NCBI GenBank assembly: GCA_032250835.1
Contig: JAVVEA010000018.1
Span: forward strand, 1-64,000
DNA from: a bacterium
GTDB lineage: Bacteria; SAR324; XYD2-FULL-50-16
Direction of reading: 5' to 3'
Length of the DNA: 64,000 nt
Positions 1 to 9,123 of this stretch are shown here, in pieces. The notes under the pieces are model-generated. The model was not told where the DNA came from. It saw nothing but the letters and a program-made list of their open reading frames with translations, and made no database searches. Every line of letters begins with the position of its first letter. Position 1 is the stretch's first letter. The translations under genes and the position numbers were made by a program.

Positions 1-107
1 ACTACCCAGCTGAAAGTCATCAAAAAAGTGATGTCCCAGAAGAGTTTATCGATGCTGGCCGAATAAGTGGAGAGACTCTTCGGTAAAGTTTCCCATCCTG
101 ACAACAT
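1..107 (-). CDS. coxB: Probable cytochrome c oxidase subunit II, 5' part (runs off window start)
   Basis: Not in ORF track. Manual translation MLSGWETLPKSLSTYSASIDKLFWDITFLMTFSWV resembles the P-xx-xSTY-xxxID-xLF start of heme-copper oxidase subunit II; GGAGG SD just upstream. Only 35 codons visible. Confidence 0.6.
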   Translation of the reverse strand, partial: MLSGWETLPKSLSTYSASIDKLFWDITFLMTFSWV

Positions 108-140
108 TGGCGTTCCTCCAATTGGATTGAAAAAGGCGGG

Positions 141-254
141 CTATAGGTGCCCTTTAAATGCGAAGACGTACGAGAAGAAAGTAAATGCTCCTACAGAAAG
201 GCAAATGATGTAGAACACGTTTGCACTTACTTTATCGGGATTTGCTGCTTCCAT
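141..254 (-). CDS. 37-aa single-TM small protein upstream of coxB
   Basis: Manual translation MEAANPDKVSANVFYIICLSVGAFTFFSYVFAFKGHL*; GGAG upstream of ATG; stop 33 nt before the coxB-like ATG. Confidence 0.6.
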   Translation of the reverse strand: MEAANPDKVSANVFYIICLSVGAFTFFSYVFAFKGHL

Positions 255-541
255 GGTAATGGCACTCCAAATCAGGTTCTAAGGCGTTGCGCCCTTTAGA
301 TCCGCTCTCTTTTGTTCCCCCCAAAAGACGAGCAGACCAGTGAAAAGGTCTTCTTTGTACTCAAGTCAACTAGCTTAATCGGCCCGAGTTTGCAAGAATA
401 TTTGTGAAAAAAAACTTCATCTTTGATCGATTTTTTTGGAAAGTTGATCAAAGCAGTAAACTTCCGTTAACGGTCTTCCCCTCTTGCCATAGAGAGCCTA
501 GCCGAATATTAAAGGGACAAAAACAACCATCAACTCAATCC

Positions 542-1879
542 ATGATCCAGAGCTTAGCCCCCATCGCCATCGTCGGTTCCGGACTTGCCGGTTCCGAAGC
601 AGCCCTTTACCTTGCCCGGCATGGTCAGGCCGTTGACCTCTTTGAAATGAGGCCCTTTAAGCAAAACGAAGCCCACCAAAGCGGTTTACCAGCTGAACTG
701 GTCTGCTCTAACAGCTTTAAAAGCCAAGATCCGGGCAACGCCCACGGAGCCCTGAAGGCCGAGCTGGTCGCGGCGGGGTCCCCGCTATTGGAACTGGCCA
801 AACAAGCCCAAGTCCCTGCTGGGCAGGCCTTGGCGGTAGATAAAGAGGCCTTCTCCTTGGCAGTACAAAGGGCCATCGCCGACGAACCACTGATCACCCA
901 GTGGCCCCAAGAGGTTATGGATATAACACCCTTGGCCGCTCAATACGAACAGGTCCTGATCGCCACCGGGCCGCTGACCTCGGGGCCCTTGGCGGATTCG
1001 CTGGCCCAAATGTTAGGCGAAGCCTCGTTGTATTTCTATGACGCCATCGCACCGGTGGTTTTCGCCGAGTCCATCGACATGACGCAAGCCTTTCGGGCCG
1101 CTAGGTGGGGAAAAGGCGAAGCAGACTACATCAATTGCCCTTTCAATGAAGCCCAATATCTGGCCTTTATCGAGGCGTTGATTGAAGCTGAGAAGGTGGG
1201 GTTTAAAGATTTTGAACAGGCTCAACATTTTGAAGGCTGTTTGCCCATTGAGGTCTTAGCCCAAAGAGGCGTCCAGTCCTTGGCCTTTGGGGCCCTCAAG
1301 CCCGTTGGGTTGAACCATCCCGAAACAGGCGAGCGGTATCATGCGGTCTTGCAGTTACGCCAAGAAAACCTGTCGGCTAGTCTATATAATTTGGTTGGTT
1401 GCCAGACCCGAATGACCTGGAGAGCCCAAAAGGAAGTTTTTAAAATGGTACCGGGACTTGAACAGGCTGAGTTTGCTAGGCTAGGGAGCATGCACCGCAA
1501 CAGCTTCCTCAACGCGCCCAAGCACCTCAACGCGCAATTGGAACTAAAAGGACACCCTAAGATCCAAATTGCCGGACAATTGACCGGTGCCGAAGGGTAC
1601 ACCGAAGCCCTTGGGACCGGGCTATGGGCCGCTTTATGCCTACATGCCAAACTGCAGGGACTCCAACCGCCCCTACCACACCCAAAAACCGTCTTAGGTG
1701 GGCTGATCAGCTATCTAAATCAGTCCTTATCGCCCAACTTCCAACCGATGAATGCCAACTGGGGCTTGGTGGAAACGCCGCGCCGACCACGCAAGGTCGC
1801 CAAAGCGGACTTCCGCCGCGCCTTGGGGGCCGAAGCGGTGGAGCATTTCAAGGAGCTTTTGAGGGCGGCTCAGTGGTAG
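542..1879 (+). CDS. trmFO: FAD/folate-dependent tRNA (uracil-54-C5) methyltransferase TrmFO (Gid)
   Basis: GSGLAGSEAA FAD motif, ELVCSNS, YFYDAIAP, FEGCLPIE, MHRN, AGQLTGAEGY, FQPMNANWG. Start moved to ATG 542 (ORF track begins 404). Confidence 0.95.
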   Translation: MIQSLAPIAIVGSGLAGSEAALYLARHGQAVDLFEMRPFKQNEAHQSGLPAELVCSNSFKSQDPGNAHGALKAELVAAGSPLLELAKQAQVPAGQALAVDKEAFSLAVQRAIADEPLITQWPQEVMDITPLAAQYEQVLIATGPLTSGPLADSLAQMLGEASLYFYDAIAPVVFAESIDMTQAFRAARWGKGEADYINCPFNEAQYLAFIEALIEAEKVGFKDFEQAQHFEGCLPIEVLAQRGVQSLAFGALKPVGLNHPETGERYHAVLQLRQENLSASLYNLVGCQTRMTWRAQKEVFKMVPGLEQAEFARLGSMHRNSFLNAPKHLNAQLELKGHPKIQIAGQLTGAEGYTEALGTGLWAALCLHAKLQGLQPPLPHPKTVLGGLISYLNQSLSPNFQPMNANWGLVETPRRPRKVAKADFRRALGAEAVEHFKELLRAAQW

Positions 1880-2025
1880 CGAGGTGGTCTCGATAAAACC
1901 GAAAGACCGGGCTAACAGGGGATCGGCAGACAGCCAGAGCGGCCAAAGGAATCGAGGGGTGAGGGCCAATAGGGGCCCCCACCAAAACAGAGACGCTATT
2001 GAGTTGGGGCTAGGAGCGGGTAACT

Positions 2026-2679
2026 TTACTTAAGGCCGTATTCAATGCGCAGATTCTGGGCATTTTCGGTAACCGAAACCAAGTAATTGCGGGTTTCGCG
2101 CGGCAGGCGGCGGACCACATGCTCGAACTGCGACTGGTTGTACCGATCCGCTTTGGCGGCAACGCAGGAGAGGGTGTAACAGCCAAAAGCGCTCTTTACC
2201 CGCCTAAACCCTGAATTGTAAGTGACCACCACCAGGGCCCGGCGACGCACATCATCAGTAACCCCGGCAAAGATCCGGTGCAATTCCGAAAGATGCTGGA
2301 CGCCTAGGTAAATATTAAGGTCCGGCTGACCCAGTAGCTGCCGGCGGAAGAAGTCGCTTCCGCGTGGGACGCTTCCCACTCGTTCGTATTCGCCCTGGGC
2401 AGTCATCGGCATCAACTGCATCAAGCCCATGGCTCCAGCGGGGCTTACGGCGCGGGGATTAAACTCCGATTCAGTCTTCATGACCCCTAAGATCAGGTCG
2501 GCTTCGACCCCCTGAGTGGCTTCTAACTGTTTGATGAAAGGGAGGTAGTCACGTACTTCGCCGATCAATTCGTTCGGCACAGAGCTACCGTAGACGCTTT
2601 GACGGTGGGTGACCGAATCGGTCAACATCAAGGCCATGAAGAGCCCAACCACGAGAAGTAGATTTTTCTTTTGACGCAT
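2026..2679 (-). CDS. Lytic transglycosylase (SLT domain) with N-terminal anchor
   Basis: ESEFNPRAVSPAGAMGLMQLMP, YNSG, ETRNY motifs. Confidence 0.92.
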   Translation of the reverse strand: MRQKKNLLLVVGLFMALMLTDSVTHRQSVYGSSVPNELIGEVRDYLPFIKQLEATQGVEADLILGVMKTESEFNPRAVSPAGAMGLMQLMPMTAQGEYERVGSVPRGSDFFRRQLLGQPDLNIYLGVQHLSELHRIFAGVTDDVRRRALVVVTYNSGFRRVKSAFGCYTLSCVAAKADRYNQSQFEHVVRRLPRETRNYLVSVTENAQNLRIEYGLK

Positions 2680-2812
2680 ATAACCATCTCAGGCGGTTAA
2701 AAAACTACCTGCCAACGCAGGCCCCCTCTTTTTTACTAGCCAAGTATAGGTGATTATAATATACTTTTCGCCCTTTGGCTACTAAAAGGGTTCAACCCAG
2801 GCTAGGTAAGCG

Positions 2813-3616
2813 ATGAACGACTTCTTCAAACCGATAGTCGGCTGGAGTGCCTGCCTTGGAATCCGCTCTTGCCGTTATGATGCAGGCACCAAACCCAATC
2901 CTTTGGGCAAAATATTTTTCTCCAAGGTCCAGCTACTGGACTTCTGCCCTGAAGAAGAAGCCGGACTAGGCACCCCCCGGTTGCCGATGAACCTATATTT
3001 TATCAAGCCGAATTCTTGGGCGCTCATGGAACCTACCAGCGGCACCGACTTCACCCAAGCCCTCAACAGGGCTGCCGAGAAGATCATTGCTCGATTAGCC
3101 CTAGCCGAGGGATTACTACTGAAAGCAAAGTCTCCTTCTTGCGCCATCTTTGACTGTAAAGGATATGACTTACAGAGTTCCACCGGCAGCTGGAACCCCG
3201 TCGCCGGGCTCTTTGGCCAGAAAATAATCGACCACCCGGGACGCTGGCTTTACCTAGACGAGCGCCAGTTGGCAGATCCTTGGCGGCGCGAACTATGGCT
3301 AACCGGGCTGTTCCAACTGGCAAGGCTGCGGGCCACCAAGGATTTTTCCCAGTTCCACCAGAGCCAACAAGCAATTTCCCAAGGCCTGGGCATCAAGGAG
3401 GCCCTTGGTGAACGCAGCCAAGACCCAGCAGCTTACCGTGACCTCTGGGTCCGGACCCTAAACCACCCGCCTAGCTGGGAAACCTTTACCCGGCGACTAG
3501 GCCTACCCCAACTTGCCTTCGAGCCGGCGGACTTGCGCCTTTTGGCGGGTCCGGGGCTCTACCCAGACCAGAGCCTTCAAGCCCCCTATCCCCACGAACT
3601 AAGAACAGGAGCCTAG
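2813..3616 (+). CDS. DUF523/YbgA-like (2-thiouracil desulfurase-like) protein
   Basis: SACLG..CRYD, CPEEEAGLGTPR, LKAKSPSC, GLF motifs; C-terminal PYPHEL. Confidence 0.8.
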   Translation: MNDFFKPIVGWSACLGIRSCRYDAGTKPNPLGKIFFSKVQLLDFCPEEEAGLGTPRLPMNLYFIKPNSWALMEPTSGTDFTQALNRAAEKIIARLALAEGLLLKAKSPSCAIFDCKGYDLQSSTGSWNPVAGLFGQKIIDHPGRWLYLDERQLADPWRRELWLTGLFQLARLRATKDFSQFHQSQQAISQGLGIKEALGERSQDPAAYRDLWVRTLNHPPSWETFTRRLGLPQLAFEPADLRLLAGPGLYPDQSLQAPYPHELRTGA

Positions 3617-3619
3617 TTG

Positions 3620-4099
3620 ATGAAACCTCTTCTCCCCCAACGGGCCGACTATCAAGCGGCGGCAACGTTGCTAGTGCAGGCCGGCCAAGGCCTACTCAGC
3701 ACTCAATCCAAAGCCCATCCAGGCTTTCCTTTTGGTTCCTTGACGCCCTATCAGCTTTCGCCCGAAGGCACGCCGGTGGTTTGGATCAGTGCACTGGCGC
3801 AGCATAGCCAAAATCTACTAGCGGACCCCCAAGTTTGTTTGACCTGTCTGGCCGAAGGCCCCAGCCGCGACCGGGCACGCTTGAGCCTCCTCAGTTTGGC
3901 TCAGCGCCGCACCGAAGACATGGACCTATTGCGCCGCAATTATTTGACCCTATACCCCGAAGCACAAATCTACCTACAACTACCCGACTTTGCCCCCTTT
4001 GAGCTGGTCCCGCAACAAGCCTACTATATTGGAGGGTTTGGGAAAGCATTATGGCTTGAAGTCCCGGAGCTATTGCCCCAGGTCATTGACTTGATTTGA
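3620..4099 (+). CDS. HugZ/pyridoxamine 5'-phosphate oxidase-like split-barrel protein
   Basis: LST...GFPFGS, ISALAQHSQNL, RARLSL, LPDF, YIGGFGKA; AGGAG SD. Confidence 0.85.
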   Translation: MKPLLPQRADYQAAATLLVQAGQGLLSTQSKAHPGFPFGSLTPYQLSPEGTPVVWISALAQHSQNLLADPQVCLTCLAEGPSRDRARLSLLSLAQRRTEDMDLLRRNYLTLYPEAQIYLQLPDFAPFELVPQQAYYIGGFGKALWLEVPELLPQVIDLI

Positions 4100-4300
4100 C
4101 GCAGGAAGCACCTTCTAGAAATTAGGTGCCCTAAACCGGCAATTAACCGAATTTTTTGTAAAACCTATCAACCTAAATAACAGATAGGGCTAAAGCCCCA
4201 TATATCGATAAATCAACTCCCCCTGAGCCAACAGAATAGAAAAAAAGGGCCAGGGAAGGATTGTTTAACTGGAATATTCGAATAGAATAGGTTAAATCAT

Positions 4301-4339
4301 TTTACAACCAATTTACAATCCCATGGGGAAGCCTTTACC
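4301..4339 (+). promoter_or_regulatory. Pho-box-like direct repeats
   Basis: TTTACA at 4301 and 4312, TTTACC at 4334 (11/22-bp phasing) upstream of an OmpR/PhoB-family gene. Confidence 0.55.
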
Positions 4340-4405
4340 ATAGAGGTCTAAATCTTAGGCCAAATCAAGGCAACCAATGCATAGAGCACCCTATTGGGAG
4401 ACGGT

Positions 4406-5077
4406 ATGAACCATATCCTCGTCATTGAAGACCAGGAAGACGTACGCGAGTTGATCGCTTACAACCTGCGCAAGCAGAACTTTGAAGTGATCGAAGCGAG
4501 CAACGCCAACGATGCGTTGATTCTTCTAGAAGACATCAACCTCGACCTGATCTTGCTAGACTTGATGTTGCCCGGCTTAGGCGGGTTGGACTTTTTAAAG
4601 GTCCTCAAGTCTAAGGAAGAATACCGCCACATTGCGGTGATCATCCTTTCGGCCAAAAGCGAGGAACACGAAGTGGTGACCGGTCTGAAGCTCGGTGCTG
4701 ATGACTACGTGACCAAGCCTTTTTCGATTAAAGTCTTAATGGCCAAGATCGAAACCGTTTTACGGCGGGTAAATTCTGCGGAGCAATCACTCTTGCAGTA
4801 TAAGGACATCGTCTTAAATCAAGACGAACATAAAGTCCGTGCCCAAGATAAAGAGGTGACCTTAACGAACAAGGAGTTTGAATTGTTGCTCCTGTTCTTA
4901 AAGAAGCCCAAGAAAGTTTTCCACCGCAACCAGTTGCTCAACAGCATCTGGGGCTATGATTCGGAAACCTACACGCGCACGGTAGACGCCCACGTATCTT
5001 CCCTTAGGAAGAAGCTAGGCCCTCCGGGCAAACTGATCCGATCTATCCCGAAAGTCGGGTATGGATTGGACATCTGA
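4406..5077 (+). CDS. phoB: OmpR/PhoB-family response regulator (PhoB/PhoP-like); no adjacent kinase
   Basis: REC (ED, LDLMLP, GADDYVTKPF) plus wHTH (LTNKEFELL, IWG, RTVDAHVSSLRKKL, GY). Family is certain; the phoB assignment is less so. Confidence 0.8.
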   Translation: MNHILVIEDQEDVRELIAYNLRKQNFEVIEASNANDALILLEDINLDLILLDLMLPGLGGLDFLKVLKSKEEYRHIAVIILSAKSEEHEVVTGLKLGADDYVTKPFSIKVLMAKIETVLRRVNSAEQSLLQYKDIVLNQDEHKVRAQDKEVTLTNKEFELLLLFLKKPKKVFHRNQLLNSIWGYDSETYTRTVDAHVSSLRKKLGPPGKLIRSIPKVGYGLDI

Positions 5078-5113
5078 GCGGAGCCAAGCACCGCTCAATA
5101 GAGGGCTGGAGAT

Positions 5114-5130
5114 TTTACGGTAATTTTACC
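5114..5130 (+). promoter_or_regulatory. Second Pho-box-like pair upstream of porin
   Basis: TTTACG at 5114 and TTTACC at 5125, 11-bp spacing. Confidence 0.5.
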
Positions 5131-5269
5131 AACTCCTGCCTTTTGACGAGGGAGCCTCGATAGCTTGGCTCCAACGACGGGCAAAATGCACGAGACCGGG
5201 CAAGGCCCGTTTGGTCTTTTTCCTAAGCGCAATGAAGCGCCGTACCACAACCTTACATAGGGTAACTCT

Positions 5270-6283
5270 ATGTCTCGCAAGTTTTTTAAGACCCTCGTAA
5301 TGACCGGCGTTGTCGCCATGATAACCACCGGTGCCTATGCCGCTGACGACATGGGTGACGATTACAAATTTAAAGTTAAAGGTAAGATCCGCTCTTACTT
5401 CGGTCAGTATACCTCGGGCAAAACCGTAACCAATGCCGCTGGCGAGTCTGTTGACGAAGCCTCTTACTTCCAAGAGTTCAACGAAGGCAACATCGCTGGT
5501 GCCGTAGAGCGTGGCCCCATGAAAGGCTACTTCGAGATTGAATCACGTGCAGGTTCCAGCATCAAAGCCACCATGCGCCAGATCACTTTGGACGTCGGCA
5601 ACGGCCTGAACGTCGGTGTGGGTACCTTCAAGCCTAAGTGGGCTTATGCCTTCAGCTGGGGTGCGGGTACCGAAACTTCTGAGTCTCATGGCAGCGGCTT
5701 CTTCAGCGGCTTGTTGACCAAACTCGAAAGTGATGGTCTGAACGTTGAGTACAAAGCCGGTGACCACAAGATGGGCTTCACCATGTATGAAGGCGACTTG
5801 ATCGGCAAAACCACTGGTTCGACCATGCAGTATGGTGCCTTGGGCAAATTTGGCGCCATCCACTACCGCGTCGGCGGGATCAGCTCGACCAGCGATGACC
5901 ACACCGGCGACACGACCTTGGCGCACAGCGGTACCCACGTAGGGGTTCAGTACAAGATGGACGGCATGGCCTTCAGCTTCGACAACGAAAGCAAGACCAA
6001 AGCTAAGTCTTCTACCACCAACAACACCGAAACCTGGAACTCTGTGCAGGGCGTCATTGGTGTAGGCGAGCACGAAGCGATCGTGACCTACGGCATGGGC
6101 AGCAGCAAAGACGACAGTGCCGGTGCCGTTGAAACCAAAACCACCGATTTGGCTGTGGTTTATGTGATCCCCGTGGCTAAAAAGGCTGACTTCCGTATCG
6201 CCTACGGCTCTAGTGCAGAAGACGACACCGTCGATACCGCCACCACGAGCTTCGCTGGTGTGGGTATGATGGTCGGCTTCTAA
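5270..6283 (+). CDS. Putative outer-membrane porin
   Basis: Signal peptide ending AYA, Gly/Ser/Thr-rich amphipathic beta pattern, C-terminal Phe, strongly biased codon usage. Confidence 0.75.
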   Translation: MSRKFFKTLVMTGVVAMITTGAYAADDMGDDYKFKVKGKIRSYFGQYTSGKTVTNAAGESVDEASYFQEFNEGNIAGAVERGPMKGYFEIESRAGSSIKATMRQITLDVGNGLNVGVGTFKPKWAYAFSWGAGTETSESHGSGFFSGLLTKLESDGLNVEYKAGDHKMGFTMYEGDLIGKTTGSTMQYGALGKFGAIHYRVGGISSTSDDHTGDTTLAHSGTHVGVQYKMDGMAFSFDNESKTKAKSSTTNNTETWNSVQGVIGVGEHEAIVTYGMGSSKDDSAGAVETKTTDLAVVYVIPVAKKADFRIAYGSSAEDDTVDTATTSFAGVGMMVGF

Positions 6284-6304
6284 TCAAGCTGTCTTGACGA
6301 TCTA

Positions 6305-6342
6305 AAGGGCGGCTCTTCTTTAGAAGGGCCGCCTTTTTTTTT
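6305..6342 (+). terminator. Rho-independent terminator
   Basis: GGCGGCTCTTCT / AGAAGGGCCGCC stem followed by T run. Confidence 0.85.
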
Positions 6343-6363
6343 ACCCCCAACCCAAGGTCTGAT

Positions 6364-8184
6364 ATGAGCAACGCCACGTCGATGCTCGGGGAATTAGGCG
6401 AGCAGCGCCCAAATTACCAATCGGAACGGTCCGTCTTATGGTTGCAGCGGACCCAAGCCCTTACCTTTGCCTTCCAACCGATCATCCACATCCACACCGG
6501 CGACCTCTTCGCGGTCGAAGCGCTGATCCGTGGATTCGACCAGCTCGGCTTTTCTAGCCCCTTTGGCCTCTTTGACGCCCTGTCCACTGACGGGCTGTTA
6601 TACGAGATCGACTTGGCTTTACGCGAAAAGGCCTTAAATCAGTTTAAAAAGCTGCCAGACTACCGAGGCCTCAAGCTCTTTTACAATCTGGACAACCGGA
6701 TCATTGAGGTCACCGACCAAGAAAGCCGAAATACCAGCCGGCTGCTCGAAAAACTAGGTTTGGAACGTGGCCATTTGTGTTTTGAAATCAGCGAACGCCA
6801 CGAGTTTTCCAACTCCGATAAGGCCCAACGGCTGTTAGAGCATTACCGCGCCCAACACTTCCAAATCGCCCTGGATGATTTTGGCACCGGCTATGCGGGA
6901 CTCAAATTGCTGTATTTGACGGAACCGGGATACCTCAAAGTGGATCGTTTTTTTATCTCACGTATCTTTGAGGACCCCAAAAAAAAGCTCTTTGTCGGCA
7001 AGATTGTTAACCTGGCCCACATGATGGGGATCAAGGTAATAGCCGAAGGGGTGGAAACACCGCAGGAGTTTTTTGTCTGCCGCGAGATCGGCTGCGATTT
7101 TGTGCAGGGCTTTTTGGCCCAAATGCCCACCACCGATTCATCCCAGATTTTAGCTCAAAACCCGATCATCGCCGAATTAGTCGCTGCGGACCGCCGCAAA
7201 GCAAAAGGGGAGTCCAAATGGCTCTTGGCCCAGATGGAGACTTTGCCCGCCGTTTCGATCCACCACAGCATGATCTCGGTGCTTGACTTGATGCGCCACC
7301 ACAAGGACCTGAGCTACTTCCCAGTGGTAGACCACCAAAACCGTCCCCTAGGGCTACTTTGCGAAGAGGATCTGAAGCAATATGTCTACAGCCCCTTTGG
7401 GCGTGAGTTGATGCAAAATCGCTCGACGGGGCTGACGGTGTCCAATTTTGTCCAAGACTGCCCCACCGCAGGGCTAGATAGCCCCGTCGAAGAAATATTA
7501 GAAATCTACGCCCAAACCGATGCCGCCAAGGGCTTGCTGATCACCGACCAGGGCAACTATCTGGGCTTTTTATCTAGCAACCGCCTGTTAAAACTACTCA
7601 ACGAACGCAATTTGGCGGCGGCGCGAGACTCGAATCCCTTGACCGGTCTGCCTGGCAACCACCGGATCACCCGCTTTATCCAGCAAAACTTTAGCGGCGA
7701 AGCACCGGACATGATCTTAGTCTATTTTGATTTCGATCATTTCAAGCCCTTTAATGATAAAGAAGGGTTCCGCAAGGGCGACCGGGCGATTTTGCTTTTT
7801 GCCGACTTGATGAGCAAGCAACTAGGCGAGCATGCGGCCCTGCTAGGGCATATCGGCGGCGACGACTTTTTTGCCGCCTTCCGTAGCGACCAGTATGAGA
7901 AGATCGAAGGGCTGGTAAAGGAACTGCGCCAAAGCTTTGGGGCCGACGTAGAGAGCTTTTATTCCGTCGAAGCGCGCGAAAAGAAGTATATTGAAGGGCG
8001 TGACCGGGAAGGTCAAATCAGGCGGTTCCCGCTGCTGCAAGTATCTGCGGCGATCTTACAGGTGAAGTCTGGGACTGGCGGAGTCACGGTGGAGCGGATC
8101 TCTGCGGCCACCGCATCCTTAAAGAAAGGGGCCAAGGCCGCTTCAAGCGGCCTCTGTGCAGCAAGCCTCAACCCGAGAGTCTAA
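6364..8184 (+). CDS. EAL-CBS-GGDEF c-di-GMP phosphodiesterase/cyclase
   Basis: FQPI, EALIR, DDFGTGY, AEGVE; central CBS-like pair; NPLTGLPGN, DFDHFKPFND, GGDDF. Confidence 0.92.
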   Translation: MSNATSMLGELGEQRPNYQSERSVLWLQRTQALTFAFQPIIHIHTGDLFAVEALIRGFDQLGFSSPFGLFDALSTDGLLYEIDLALREKALNQFKKLPDYRGLKLFYNLDNRIIEVTDQESRNTSRLLEKLGLERGHLCFEISERHEFSNSDKAQRLLEHYRAQHFQIALDDFGTGYAGLKLLYLTEPGYLKVDRFFISRIFEDPKKKLFVGKIVNLAHMMGIKVIAEGVETPQEFFVCREIGCDFVQGFLAQMPTTDSSQILAQNPIIAELVAADRRKAKGESKWLLAQMETLPAVSIHHSMISVLDLMRHHKDLSYFPVVDHQNRPLGLLCEEDLKQYVYSPFGRELMQNRSTGLTVSNFVQDCPTAGLDSPVEEILEIYAQTDAAKGLLITDQGNYLGFLSSNRLLKLLNERNLAAARDSNPLTGLPGNHRITRFIQQNFSGEAPDMILVYFDFDHFKPFNDKEGFRKGDRAILLFADLMSKQLGEHAALLGHIGGDDFFAAFRSDQYEKIEGLVKELRQSFGADVESFYSVEAREKKYIEGRDREGQIRRFPLLQVSAAILQVKSGTGGVTVERISAATASLKKGAKAASSGLCAASLNPRV

Positions 8185-8187
8185 GGC

Positions 8188-8514
8188 TTACTCTTGAGCA
8201 GGCGGTTGCGGGGGGATGCAGCGCCCAATCGAATGGGCTTGGCAGACCGTTCCATCGGTCCAGATCGCCCCTTCTAAATTCGCTCCGGCCAAATCAGCGC
8301 CGGAAATATCGATGTTCCTAAAATCGGCACCTCGAAGATAACAGCCCCGGCACTCGCCCAGACGGATTACGCGGTCTCGGTTTTTGTGCACGTTCATGGG
8401 CTCTAATGCTTGCAGCCGAGGCTCCCAAGCAGAAGAATCGGTATTGAGGACCAAATAAAGACCCATCACCAGGACCAGAAAGAGGCCCCGAAGCAAGGTA
8501 TTGTTTTGCAGCAT
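8188..8514 (-). CDS. Small exported pentapeptide-repeat protein
   Basis: CRGCYLRGADFRNIDISGADLAGANLEGAIWTDG; N-terminal hydrophobic segment; start uncertain. Confidence 0.8.
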   Translation of the reverse strand: MLQNNTLLRGLFLVLVMGLYLVLNTDSSAWEPRLQALEPMNVHKNRDRVIRLGECRGCYLRGADFRNIDISGADLAGANLEGAIWTDGTVCQAHSIGRCIPPQPPAQE

Positions 8515-8603
8515 CTTCAATGAGGTTAAGTTGGTTGGCGGTACGCTGAATGGTGCGTTTCTGCTTTTAGAAAAAAGCAAATTCCAGGCCACCAACCTTT
8601 AGC

Positions 8604-9065
8604 TCAAAGAAAACTCACTTGGATCAATTCGGGTTCTTCCGACTCAGGCGACGGCAGGGGCCGCTCAGCCTTTTGGGAGTCGCTTTCGACAGCCGCCGAA
8701 GGAATTTCTTCATCTAGCAATTTTTGTCTTTCAGCCCGCGGTTTGGGGCGCAGTACCATCTGGGGCACCCACTCTCGATTGACCTGAAAGACCCGGTCCA
8801 TCCCTTCGAGTAGTTCCAAGTTAGGTTGGCTGGGGTCGAAGTCCTCGACCTCTTTATAACTGCCGTCTTTGTACTTGATCAAAAACATCTTGCGCCTCCT
8901 GGGCTCCAGACCAGACACGGCCAATTCGAGCATCGGCGAACCGCACAGTAGCTCCATCTGTCCTTCGCTTAAAGCCCCGCAGGGATAGAAGCGACAAGAG
9001 GGACAAGCCAGCAGCGCGACACGTTGGCCGCGGGATTCGCAGAAAAAGGTTTCTTGCACGGACAT
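8604..9065 (-). CDS. Hypothetical protein; Cys-rich N-terminus; strong internal SD/ATG at 8888
   Basis: ORF track; CPSC plus further Cys; AGGAGG-N6-ATG in frame at 8888. Confidence 0.6.
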   Translation of the reverse strand: MSVQETFFCESRGQRVALLACPSCRFYPCGALSEGQMELLCGSPMLELAVSGLEPRRRKMFLIKYKDGSYKEVEDFDPSQPNLELLEGMDRVFQVNREWVPQMVLRPKPRAERQKLLDEEIPSAAVESDSQKAERPLPSPESEEPELIQVSFL

Positions 9066-9123
9066 GGCGGATTGACAGGGTTTTTCTTGAATTTAGGGCC
9101 CAAGCCCCCTGCTGTCAAGGGTT

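Noticed and set aside
404-541. N-terminal extension of the trmFO ORF
   Set aside because: AT-rich promoter-like sequence; TrmFO homology starts just after ATG 542
5177-5250. c-di-GMP-I riboswitch (GGGCAAA present)
   Set aside because: No paired GNRA stem or GACGCAAA element follows
5543-6073. 176-aa minus-strand ORF
   Set aside because: Antisense shadow of the codon-biased porin gene
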